A DNA stretch of 61,760 bases, filler included, from Choristocarpus tenellus KU-1152 (taxonomy: Eukaryota; Protista; Phaeophyceae): the NCBI GenBank assembly GCA_964200185.2. It is 11 parts of 11 records of this genome, joined end to end, with 100 filler letters (N's around TTAATTAATTAA, not from the genome) between each part and the next. Parts side by side here need not be neighbours in the genome. Positions count along the whole stretch, not along the records: positions 13,070 to 19,709 come from CAXNAD020007686.1; positions 19,810 to 31,509 come from CAXNAD020002180.1; 9 more parts are not named here. The stretch is one strand, 5' to 3'. Shown here piece after piece: positions 16,135-28,800 of this stretch; within the stretch, counting starts at the first letter, position 1; each line of letters begins with the position of its first letter. The translations under genes were made by a program, and so were the position numbers. The notes beneath the pieces were generated by a model that saw only the letters and a program-made list of their open reading frames with translations, had not been told where the DNA came from and searched no databases.

Positions 16135-16182
16135 AGAGTTTCGAAGTAATCCTTCAGCATTGCCCTAGCTACACCTTGACGT
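16135..16182 (-). CDS. Possible GNAT acetyltransferase micro-exon
   Basis: ttctcag|...|gtaagt 48-nt exon encoding (R)RQGVARAMLKDYFETL, resembling GNAT motif A (R/QxxGxA). No partner exons were found. Confidence 0.3.
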
Positions 16183-17061
16183 CTGAGAAAGGTAGTGCAC
16201 TGTAACGATCAGTGTTAACCGCAACTAGAATTGTAACCAACAAAAGAAACAAAAATACATGGCAACAAGTCTCTGCCATCACCATTTCAATAAAGGCAAT
16301 AAAAGCAATCAGGATTGGAGGGGAACAGCAACACCAGGAGACGGTTCGGGAGAGGAAGATCTCCTAGCCTACTCCACAACAAATAACAAAGGTTGACCTG
16401 GTTTGCAACCAACCAGAGAGTTCTATTCACTGTTCACCGGCAGCCAGCCATTCCAAGCAGGGGGCATTGAAGTAGTGGCTGTATAGCAAATAGAAACGCA
16501 CTAGAAGTGACGAGGTATGCACCTAACGACCTGCCCAACAGAGTCATTTAGGAGATGCTAACAGTCAGAGGTGACACTGCAACTGTGGAGTAACCTCTCA
16601 TATTTGAAATCATGATGATGCGCCTGTCACCACCTCTGATACAGTACAGATCGCTCTGTACAGCAATGTTGCCATGCGCAACACTCGCACCATTCAGATA
16701 AAAATTGCACACTTCACTGGTGGTCTTACCCGACCATTGCAAGAGGGCTGAGGGAGGGATGTGGCATGTAATGCACAATAAAGACAGCAAATTGACGGCT
16801 GTACGGAGCGAGAGCAGCCGTTCACATCACCTCCCACATTACAGTCTCTATCTCCTTTTTTAAAGTACGCACACAGCGCCAGTAAATGTCACCATCAACC
16901 TATCAACCCATTATGGTTCGACACACACAGGAGCCTTGATAAAAGGGCATCAAAGTGCAACCACAGCAGGCATAGCAGACAAAGAATGAAGTACAATTTG
17001 CATCTAAGCACCAGGGGAAGAATATACCAGAGCATCCTTTACGTACAAACCATTGCACTGC

Positions 17062-19190
17062 TCAGGTTGGCCGAGTCCATGTTGTGGTTTGTGTCCTGTG
17101 ATCATGGGTGGATACACAAGATCATTAAGGGGGCAGAAAGAAAATGTGCCATAAGAGGAAAGGAATCGAACCAGAGTTGTTACCCATGTGAGCACATGAA
17201 TGGATGCGTTTCCACGAAGTAGGTACAGGAATTTTCCACGGGAACCATTTTACACTTCGAGGGATGTACTTAATATCACCCCCCCCCAGCTCAGGGCTGA
17301 TTGCAACAAACCGATTGTGATATTCATTGCTGGTTTACATTACACACGGAAAGATTTTGAAACTGAAACCGGAAACCGAATCACCTACACGCCAATATCA
17401 AACAACAGGACTGCCAGTATGACATGGGGCCATACATACAGCAACTCTACACTTGGAAGCCGGGGTTTGAGAATGATCCAACTCGCAAACTAAATCTTGA
17501 CCCTCACATTGGGGAACACAAGAAGAGCTCGAACAAATGCATAGCAGCTGCCAAATACACGTTGAGGTTTCATCACCTGTGGTCCACATAGAACGTTCTC
17601 CCTTGTGGTGTCCGCTTCTCTTCCCACCCTACTGGAACTGCAAGAGAATAGAAGGGTAAAAGAGCAACAGCTTGGTCGGCATAATCAGCAGCAGAAGAGA
17701 GAGAGAGAGAGAGGTGGGGAGCCACGAGGCAACAAAGACCTAAAACAACAGGGAGTACATCACTGCAAAAGCAAACTGGAAAATTCTCAACCACCATAAG
17801 TAACACCAACAAGTCCCTTGGAATCAGCAGAGTCTTGGTTACAACCACTATCAACGGTACTCTTCAGAAAGAGGACACTGAAACCCCCACATGACCAAAA
17901 GAAAAAAAACTCTTCAACAAAGAGCAAAGAGCATGGATCCATGGTGAGCTGGAATGTGCACTGATCCACTACAACCACTACATACACATCAAGAACACAT
18001 ACACACACGAACCACACAAGACACACACACAACAGTGCATTTTGAGGGACAAATAAGTGCCTTCGAAGGGTGCAGTACATGCTCAGGTGTGAGTGGGGGC
18101 TGGGAGACAAAAGGACATGGGAAACCAAACCGAACCAAGAACATCATCTGCTAGCTCATCCACCTCCTCCAAACCTAACCCTATACCTGCTCATTCTCTA
18201 CCTACTTGTTTCTTACGTGCATTGCTGCTGCTATACTGTCCGTAAGCCCCAGAAGTTGCAGGTGCAGATGGGATCGTCTGTGCATAAGGAGCAGGCTGCT
18301 GCATGTAACCTCCTGGGGCCATGCCCATCATTGGTGGAGCGCTTGGTATGATGGCTGGCATAACTCCCCCTTGGGTGGCGTTGTGAGCCAATGGAGCACC
18401 TCCCATAGCTGAAATTGTGAGGGGCAAGGTAAGGCTACACACTTGAGGGGATGTGAGATATTAGGTGAATTACGACTTCCCTCTTGCGCCTCTAATAGAG
18501 TATGCACTCCTTTGCCAATGCAGCAGTAGAGACGCACACACAATCCTGTCACCAAGTTGATCTATGGTCGTATTTCTCGAAAAATCCCAACTAAAAAGTA
18601 GCACTATATCAACTATGCAGCCGGCCAATTGCAGAGTGAGATGAGTCTGGCTGGGGTTGTAAGTAGAAACAACTAAGGATTGACTAGAGTCCTTCACTTG
18701 GGTCTTAAGGGACACAGCAGTAGTGCTTGGCATGATGTGTCCCTGGGTGCGGCCAAGCTCTTCAACTTTGAGTTATACGTAACATGCAAAACAGCACCAT
18801 GCATGGGCACATGGACAGCCCAATGAGGGAACCGTCAGGAGGAAACACGCAACGGGGGGTGAACTGGTACACCGCCTAATCTCGGACTTTTTCTTTTTTA
18901 ACAATTGTTCAACGCCTACAATATCTTAGAAGTCCTCCGCCAAAAAGTGTATTCTCCTGTCATAAAAACGAAGTGGGAGCATTGTGTCCACATTGAACTT
19001 GTCCCAACTGCTATGAAGAGGACATACACCCGCGCTTTCACTCAACAAGTTAATGCAGTAGGGGCACCACGGTCACACAGACAGACATACAAACCTCATC
19101 CATGACACACTGTTCATCACTTTCAATCAAGAAGAAAAAAAAAGAGATGATCATTGGATGAGATCCGTCAGATAAAATCACATCAAAAAA

Positions 19191-19259
<69 letters not shown>

Positions 19260-19709
19260 CACTGGGTACAACCACATTGTGCTGCAGGACAGCAAGAGAG
19301 GCAGGCAAAAGTCAGGCCATTATTATACACATCACAACAACCAGAGCAGCAAGCTCAAATGATCACCGCAATATAAGAACACCCCAAACCCCTCCCCACA
19401 CACTCACGTTGATTCTCAAAGAACCCAGTCTGTTGCTGTGGTGCATTAAATGCACCAGATGCCGCCATCCCCGCACCTGCTGCCCCCACTGCCCCTGCAG
19501 CTGCCGCTAGTCCAGATAGACCCGTTAGCCCCCCTGAGCCCTTATTCAGGTTCAGGGCCTTGGTCAGTGACTGACTACCGCCGCCTGATAGAGAGCTTAG
19601 CACACCCTTGGTCCCCTGTGAACCAAGGAAACCTGGGGTTTCATGCTCCACCTGGGGGTTCATGCCATACGCACCCATTTGTGGATTCCTACCATATCCA
19701 CCATATCCA
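17062..19709 (-). CDS. Gly/Pro-rich protein with a C-terminal WW domain; last four exons (19709-19408, 18408-18217, 17637-17577, 17095-17062)
   Basis: Phase-consistent GT-AG splicing gives ...FFENQPMGGAPLAH...[36 protein letters not shown], a canonical WW domain. Confidence 0.9.
19194..19257. repeat. (AG)n microsatellite, intronic
   Basis: About 32 perfect units. Confidence 0.97.
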
Positions 19710-22700
19710 NNNNNNNNNNNNNNNNNNNNNNNNNNNNNNNNNNNNNNNNNNNNTTAATTAATTAANNNNNNNNNNNNNNNNNNNNNNNNNNNNNNNNNNN
19801 NNNNNNNNNCTTCTAAAAAACCTTTGGGTACTTTTTAAAGACGATTTTCGCAAAACAACCATCCTCATAGTCCCGCTTCATCCTCAATTCTGAGAATCTG
19901 CTGTTCAAAGTCTGGTTGAGTAAGACATCCCTTCAGACACATCAGACCGTATCCGCAGGTGTCTTGTTGCACTATGACACATACTTGCCTCTAATCATGC
20001 TAATCACAGCACGACCAAACATACCTTGACTTCGAAGACTGTCTGACTGAATACAACATTCCATCAGACCTACCAGAACAAATTCACTGGTGCTTTGTTG
20101 CACCATGACCTCCTTCCTCATAAATCAGAACATCACACAACTCATACGAAATCAGGTTTCAACACTTGCAGGGGGGGGAGGAGGGGTGGGCACGCCTGCA
20201 AGTTAGTACCCACTCGCTGCCTGTGCTCCAGCGGCACGAGGAGAAGAACAGCAGGGGTGTGTGGCTGGGTAAATCTGAGGAGGCCATGTACCAAGGGGAA
20301 AGGGAGAGAAGTAGAAGATCAGCGACCTAGCAGTCACCGTGCTCCACTTATCACTATGATGGAGATTGATGCCAGGGGGGCTCTGTAGGCTGTGCCTGGG
20401 AGAAGAGAGGAGAGGTTGGGACAGTGCCCCCATAATACGAGGAAGAAATGACCAGAAGGGGCTATGCCTGGATAGCAGGAGTGTATTGTGCCAGAGGTCT
20501 ATTCCTGTCTGCCCTGAAGGGGATGGCTGTTGGAAGTTGGGATTGAATGAATTGTGCTCTTGAACGGTGGTAGGTTGGTTGTGGTGAAGGGGTGTCATAG
20601 TATAATGGAGTACTGTTGAATTCGGGGTGATGAACCTAGTGACATGCTGTACAGAGTCAGAGGTTATCTGGTACAGCGATGTAGGGTTTCCTTGGTACAT
20701 TCAAATGAAGAAATTAATGTTGTGTAGAGACTTGAAACTTACGAAGAAGGGTAACAACGATTGATGATCCAAAGATGAGGTACCATGATGTAAATGTGAG
20801 TAACGATCACTACCAATGTGCGCGAAACAACAGTTAGTATGAACTGGTAATACAATATCGTATCAATGACTCAAGAGATGAGTAGCATGTGTTTTAACAA
20901 TGGCCTACAACCTAAACAGTGTACATGTGTATGTTTTGTGCACTACTTCTGAGTAGTCTGAATAGTTTGTCAAAATAATTTGACAAGGGGTAACTCTGAA
21001 CATCAATGTGCATACCAAGAAGAGGTTGCTTTGTATTGCTGATGGCATCATAGTCATTGGTCGTTCCACATGCCATGATTCAAATAACAAATATTGACGC
21101 TGTTCGCAATAATATATATATAGTGAATTGGATTGCAAAATATATATGGGAGGGGAATCTTCGATGTCCAATATTAGTTCCACATATCTACTAGTTTCCC
21201 TTCCCATCTAAGTATTGGTAGTATCAACTAATTCCACGCTTCAGGATTTTAAAAATTGACATGATTTTGTATTATATGGTAGTAGATGTGACAACGATAC
21301 ATAATAATAATAATAATAATAAATATAATAATTCATCTCTTTGTTACATCATAACGATAAAAAAATTCCTCATTAATTTGGATAATATTAGGGTGGAGAA
21401 CAATAAAATATATAGTATCTTTATTCAGTTGTTATGATGATATAGAATATTTCAACTCATTCTACCTATATATATACTTGCCGTAACAGTAGAGTACAGT
21501 TGTAGTAGTATGTGGTAGATATGACTACTACTACTATTTCTGTGCCCCTGGGGGGTAGGTACTATTGTATTTTGAAGAAGTGTCACTGGAGGATAGTAAA
21601 ACGAAAAAGTCAATAGTAAAAAAAAGTCAAGCAGCCAACGAACCAAGTTTAGGGTTAGGATCAATTATTGATATATGTCAGATGTATATGTCAAGAGAGC
21701 CAGAGGAAATGGGGACGGAGACTTATTCCAACACATCGATATCTGTCATATATTTTTGCTATAGGCGGCGAATTATTGTAAAGAGAGAAGAGATTTGGGG
21801 ATTTCGTGTAGTGGTCTAAGAACAAGAGGTCTAAGGACTAGACTTGGAGAACCCCAACCGTCTTCAAACCACCACTCAGTCTGTAGTCTTTCACTAGGAG
21901 GGAAGGTTCGGCATCGCCAGGCAAGTTAATGAAGGTGTTGTAGGGTGTCTATTGCTTTGGGCGTGGGAACGTACATGCCATATCGTTTGGGACAAGGGTA
22001 TGTATGCAATGGGCAGTCACAACATGCGATCTGGCAATACACTGCCCACCATTTTTGTGTACAATAGGTTTTGACCTTTTCTAGCACCTGTATCTGACAT
22101 GAATGCACATCCCTTTCCCGGAATAGTGTATTGAGTAACATCACCTTACTCGCGATATTACTAGTGCTTGCGGGTGCGACCTCTCGTTCCACGATGAACA
22201 TAGCAAAGAGACCGAAGAAAGAGTTGGCATGTATCGCCCTTGTGGCTATCAATCAGTCTCCTCACAAGGGGGAAAACTCCTCACATGAAAGATTCCCTCC
22301 CTTGGCCTTTTGACGTATCCCCCAGGAATGAGATTTATGTTTCACGCTGATGTAGACCTAAATCATTTGTATATCCATATACTACTCCGACGTGAACTCG
22401 TCCTACCCTATGATTCACGAAGGCACGAATTTGTCGATTCAGCCTCATCCTTCACAACATGGTAACGCCTTGGGACGCTTGTCCCTATTTCGGGATTTTT
22501 TCGTACTGTACATTCCTAGTCTTTCGCACAAGATACCCCTCATTGCAACCACCGAAACCATTCTCAACTTACTCTTCACCACACTACTCTGCTGCTTAAC
22601 GAATGGCTGTGGGGTAAAAACCACAAGTTGCTACTACAGCTATGCTCTGCCATGTTGTGTGTCCTGATTTGACTATCAGCTCGTTGAAAGTACCAGCTAA

Positions 22701-22887
22701 GATCACGCACTTGGAAGCATGCGTATGCCAAAGCCCTATCCTATAACTTAACACTGCGAATGAGCACCACCAGTAGCTCCCATGGAATTTCAAGGTCGCC
22801 AATCCTCATTTTCCCAGTCCTCATTATCTTCCAGGACGGTTCTCAATCTCGCCGGACAACCAGTGCACCAACCACAAGCGCGCCCTC

Positions 22888-25800
22888 ATGGACCCTGTTG
22901 CCCATGATTATGGAGGAGACCCTGCTGGACACCCAGCATCTAACATCGGCGACTCCGACTTTGGAGGTTTCAATATCGAGGTACCTGTGAACCGCTCGAG
23001 TGGTCGACAGTTCAAGGCACTGATGCGCAAGAACTACCTTCTCAAGAAGAGGCACCCATTTTCTCTATGCTGCGAGATCATGCTTCCGATCCTGTTTGTG
23101 GTGGGTTTGCGGTCTTAAACGATGCATGCAGCGTAATGTGTTGCTTACTCTGGACTTCTGAGGTAGGATTTGTGAGTGAAAGTATCTTAGAGAGTACGAG
23201 TTTTTCCCTGTTTGTCCATTTGGGGTTTGGCTTCCTACGAGTTTTTAGTGACATTTTACCTACTCCAAAATGTCGCGGAATATCTAAAATGTGTAAGTTA
23301 TGAAAAGGTGTGTCCGGAACAAGGATATTGACATCTCCTAACAAACATGATAGCCAAAATTACATCAAAATTGCAACATTGGATTTTGTCCCCCCAAAGG
23401 ACGTGGCTCGACCCTCTAAGGCCCTTTGACTCTGTACTAGGCGGTTTCAATCCAACTAGATGCTACGGAGTAGAGCATTTTGATAGCGGCAGAAGACATA
23501 CTGTATATTCTTGACCGCCCTCCAAGCTGTGGTAGGTCAGCTATGGTGCTTAGGATAGCATTCGGCGTGATAATCCCTGGTTTGCGGTCACCTAAGAGGT
23601 GCTTGCATAGTTGGATGCGCTCTACGACTGTCAATATAGTGGATCTTAGAAGAGTCTCTTCAGCGTATTCCCTATGGTTTTGACACAAATTCAGAATTTT
23701 GCAATGTGGATCATCCAAGGTTAATATTACTGTGAATGATCATCATTGAGCGATGTTCATATTTTGAGTAGCCAATGTGTGCCTCCATGTTCGATGGAAG
23801 AAATGGAAACTATGGGTACAATATCATATTGTAAGAATTACACCTCCCGCAAATTCCCTTCCCACCCACATAATCTTTTCTAGTTTCCTTTTCATTCCCC
23901 TGAATACGCGCACTGACCTATATCATAGGTCCTCACGTGGCCTTACATATCTCCTGGTCCATAACCCATAAATCCAAATGAATATATCAACCTGGTGAAG
24001 AATCTTGATTCTTGGCGCATCTCGACATACAACTCTTCTCATCTTGGCAGCACTACGATGCAAACCCCAACAAAAGTGTACCATTGATACTCCGCTGTAA
24101 TACCCCCTCTGTCACCTTGTCTTCCTCCTCCTGTTTTGTTCTTAGTTGGCGATGACAGGACTCAAAGGATCAAATGATGAGGTCGATGCTATACTTCCTG
24201 TGAAAAGCTACCCTGTGCCCACACTGTCAGGGCTCGCCAACCAAACTGCCTACCCAAATGCACTCTGCTATGACCACAATCCATTCCTAAAGTGCTCATG
24301 TGACTATACAAAGGGTCCAAACGCAGTTGTTGAGGAGGTGAGTTAGCAAATGACCCAAAGTATCTGGGAGGGGGGGGGGGGGTTCTACACCAGGGTGTCC
24401 ATTTGGACCAAAATCAAGCCAAGTGCATTTACAGTATCCATCCGACATATGCAACCAAATCACCCAAAAATCGTGACATAAAAAAATTGACCCCAAATGG
24501 ACAGCAACCACCCCCTCCCAGATACTTTGAGCCAATATGGAGATGAACACATCGCATTTTAGTGTATGTACAGGCGGTTGACAAGTGATTGAGTGAAAGC
24601 ATCTTAGAGGATACGAATTTTTCCCTGTTTGTCCATTTGGGACTTGGCTTCTCACGGATCTCTTATGACATTTTCCTTCTCCAAAATTTCATCAAAATTG
24701 CACCATTGGACTTTGGCCCCCAAACGGACCCGGCTCTACCCTCTAAGATACTTTGACTCATTGCATATTGTGTAGGTAGGAGTACTCAGGTAAGCTATGG
24801 TACTATTTTGTTGTATGCACACTCCTGGTGTTCAGCTCACTTCTTGTATTCTCGGTCCGTAACCGCTGTATGCTAGCATATTGTACGATGTAATGAGCAT
24901 AGAAAAATATACTAAGAAAAATTGTCCCCCAAATCGAGTAATAAAAAGGCACGTCTTCAATTATATGCCTCGAGCTGTGCCTTTGGCCCTACTTCTGCCC
25001 AACCTAAATTGCGAGTGATCCTGGTACAATCAAGTCTCTATGTCTGGATTCTATTCTTGTATGAACTACTTCACAGAGAACAAAAGTCAGGTTTTTCATG
25101 TAATCATTAATTCTACATTCTATTGGAGTAGATCCATCCAAAGATGCATGTGATCATTCTTACGTGACTCTCTCACTTCTTCTCCTTGCCTCCTCCACAA
25201 ATATATTTACCATGAGCTGTTGGGGTTACGGTAGGGGTTAGAGTTAGCCATTCACCCAAACCACGTTAGACACATTAGTTCCATGACTCACTTCATAACA
25301 TGACCATAATAATATCCGACCCACCCACCTGCTCATGGACATGTGCATCTTGCAGGATGGGTTAGACGAATACACTTCACCTGGGCTTCACAACACAGTG
25401 GAAGCCGTCTTTTCCACATCTCACAGCTTGTATGCATACACGTCCATCTGCAATTTCCTTGCCATACAGGTGAAACCTATACGACTTGAGTACAGTTCAG
25501 AATGGTAGACTGCTCTCCTAAGTGACCCAGTACGGATCACGGGTAGTGTTATCCAGTGTGGAATCTCTGGAAAATCCGAGTAAAAGAATCAACACCATCA
25601 CAAGGTCCCCCGCCACCCATGCATATCATAGCAACTACGAATTGTGTGTAAAATAGTTGTAATGTAAAGGCATGGAACTTTAGTGAAATGAATACACAAC
25701 AGCTTTCTACTTCCCGTTACTTCTAGAACTTTTATCATCAATTCAGCAAATTAATAGTCCATGCTCTTGAGTGAGAAACCTTCTATCTCCATGGTACATG

Positions 25801-28800
25801 TTAAGACCGCAAGAAGAATACAACTACGATAATAATGGTATGTTCCTTGCCCCTCCTTCCCCTTCCCGACCTCTAACCCTTTCCCCCCTACCCACACACT
25901 ATCGCGTCCCTCCACACCGTTCTGCCGTTACACATTCAAGGCTGTTGACCAAGCGAGTCAGGGTACAACCAATGCCACCTGTACCACAACTACCTTTGCT
26001 GTGGACTTTTGCCCCCGACTTTTCGACTCCATTCAACAGATTGAGGGCATGGCTACCCTTGTGGGGGCATGTGGAATCGAAGAACCGACTGAGGCTTCTA
26101 CTGCAGAGGAGGCGTATTCTATGATTGCTGAGGCTGTTACTCTTGCAGAGAATGCTGGAGCAGGGATTAGTGTACCTGCGGTACGTTATTGTAGGGTTTG
26201 GAGAAATAAATTGATAGTTGAGCCTCAAGTATGCAAGTTTTCACATGCGTTGATAGGATGAGGATGGTAGTGGCGGCATTGTCAATGAACACTTTTGTCC
26301 AAGAAGATTGAAATGCAGGGGCAAAGGTGCAGATGGAATCAGTTACTTTTCGTTACTGTTTTTATCAGTACGTACCTGAAGGTGTATGCATTTGCACGGA
26401 CTTGTCCATCACCACAACTATATTATTAATGAAGAGAATATGTGCACCCCAACAAAACTGTAGGGAGTATATATACAACCATAGCCTCCCGCATCCAAAA
26501 TGAATACACACATGTACCCACAAAAAGCAACAAGATAATCTGTTTTCCTCGCTTCTCACAAAACACCCTTTCATGCTCACAAACTGCAGGAGTCAATGGC
26601 AACGGCTTGTGCTGTTCAGTATCTAGCCCTGGTCCCCTATCCTACGAGTGCTGACGCTACAGCCTGGTCGAATACTGAAGCAATGGCTGTGGCGTTTGGC
26701 TCACATCTTGAAGAGAACGCACCAGAGATTCGGGTAAATTGGAATGGTTTGCAAGTTGGAAGAGAGGGGCGGGGTTACTGATTCAGTTGAATGGGTATGG
26801 TTATTTGATCGGTGTACCCATGGTCACTGCACTGCACCTTCTTCCATGCCGTCCCTGATCGTCTTTCTCCTCTTGTGCTTTGAGTGAAAGTATCCTTAGA
26901 GGGTAGAACTACGTCCGTTTGGGGGCCAAAATTCAATGCTGCGATTTTGATGTAGTTTTGGCTATCCTGTTTGTTAGGAAGTGTCAATATCCTTGTTCCA
27001 GACATATCTTTTCATAACATATAAATTTTACCTACCCCGAAACATTTTGGAGTAGGAAAATGTCAAAAAAATACCCGTGGGAAGCCAAGCCCCAAACGGA
27101 CAAAGAGGGCAAAACTCGTACCCTCTAAGATACTTTCACTCTTCGGTCTTTGATAAATCTTCAGCTCTGAACCTAGGCTGTGCTTGAACTCACTCCGCAC
27201 AAAGGTGTCTTCTTTAGTAGTGTCACCCACACAGCTCACACAAGTGCAAATTTTATGTTGTGCATTAACCGTGGCACAGATAATGGAGTTTGAATCGGAC
27301 AACGCACTGGAGGATTGGCTGAAGCAGGGGGACTATTCTCAGGATGTCGGCATTAATCAGGTGACCATACTAAAAACTACTGAGTAGGAAGTATCCTACG
27401 CAAGAAGTTCAGGCCTGCTATTGAAATTTACTTTTGAGCTAGCACTGATGATTCTGATTTGCTCATCTGTCAGGATGAGGTACAATCCGGAGACAAGATG
27501 TGGCGAATGACTTCTCGAGTGATTATTGTCGAAATTTCACAGATCACCTCTTGTAGCGTCCACGTGGTGGTTTATCCCTGTTTATCCTAGTAGTTGTTGA
27601 TGTATGAGGTAGCTTGCTCAACACCTGTATCTTATTGTCTACGAACTCCTTCCCTCCTGTTCCCCATCATCACTCCTGAAATATCGTATGGCCCTGCACA
27701 TGCTAGATCGGTATTGGTGTGGTCTTTGAGTCTGCCAGTCCATCTTGGAGTTATGCTATACGGGCCAACTTCTCCAAGTCGTGTAAGTGTGTGCTGTTAA
27801 ATTGTCCAAAGATGGGGGGCATGGGTTGGCTTTTAGTTTCTCCATTTCACATTGGGGCAATACTCCCAGAAAATAGGTATGCACCAGTGTACGTTAATTA
27901 CTGAAGTCGATTAGGATGTACCTTCTCCTTGCCATCTAAAGATGTGCATATCTAGAAAAAAGACACAAGGTGAATATTTCTTACTCATGATGCTGTTAGC
28001 ATGGAGTGATTGTGTAAGCTTGGTGTGGCGGTTGGGCAGAGGTGTGGAGTGAGAGAAGGTTGAAACATTTTATGAAGGGAGGGGGGGTAAAGGGGTGGGA
28101 GGAGCTAAGGGGATGCAGAACATGTTAGCCGGACATTCTATTCCCTAAGTTTGATGTAGGATGTAAGTGTCCAATTCGCACGCAACATAGAGATAATGTG
28201 TCGGAGGGTTGTGTATGATGTGTTGTTTTTTGCGTTAACCAGGTTTCTCTTGTTTGTGCTGCAAATTAGCTCCATGGAGTATGCTGTGTTGCCACAAACG
28301 ACAAAGCATGACGCTTCAATTTGTGCCCGTGTGTCGGTCATCCTGAGCAGATCTTGATGCTGACAACGACATCGGATACTTTGATAGGAATGTACCGTCT
28401 ACCAATGATATTACTGACACTCTCTACCGGGATGCCACCTATGACACGTGAGTGGGCTAACAGAATAGTAGTGGAGGCACTCGACCATAAGCATTCAATT
28501 GGGAGCAGAGTGAAAGTATCTTAGAGGGTACGAGTATTGCCCTTTTTGTCCATTTGGGGCTTGGCTTCCCATGGGTTATTTTATGAGATTTTCCCACTTC
28601 AAAAGTTTAGGGGTAGTTAAAATGTATACTTTATGAAACGTGTGTCCAGAATAAGGATATGGACACTTCCTAACGAACACGATAGCCAAAATAACATAAA
28701 AATAGTAACATTGACTTTTGGCCCCCCAAATGGACGCAGCTCTACCCTCTAAGATACTTTGGCTCAGCAGGGAATGGAAAGAGGGAACGAGTCCCTTTTT

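Noticed and set aside
17140-17230. tRNA or tRNA-derived SINE (GGTTCGATTCC on the minus strand)
   Set aside because: I could not build a cloverleaf, T-stem pairing or A-box.
19810-22300. Decayed retroelement upstream of ABCA
   Set aside because: Coding-like composition only; no gag, RT or integrase motif recognised.
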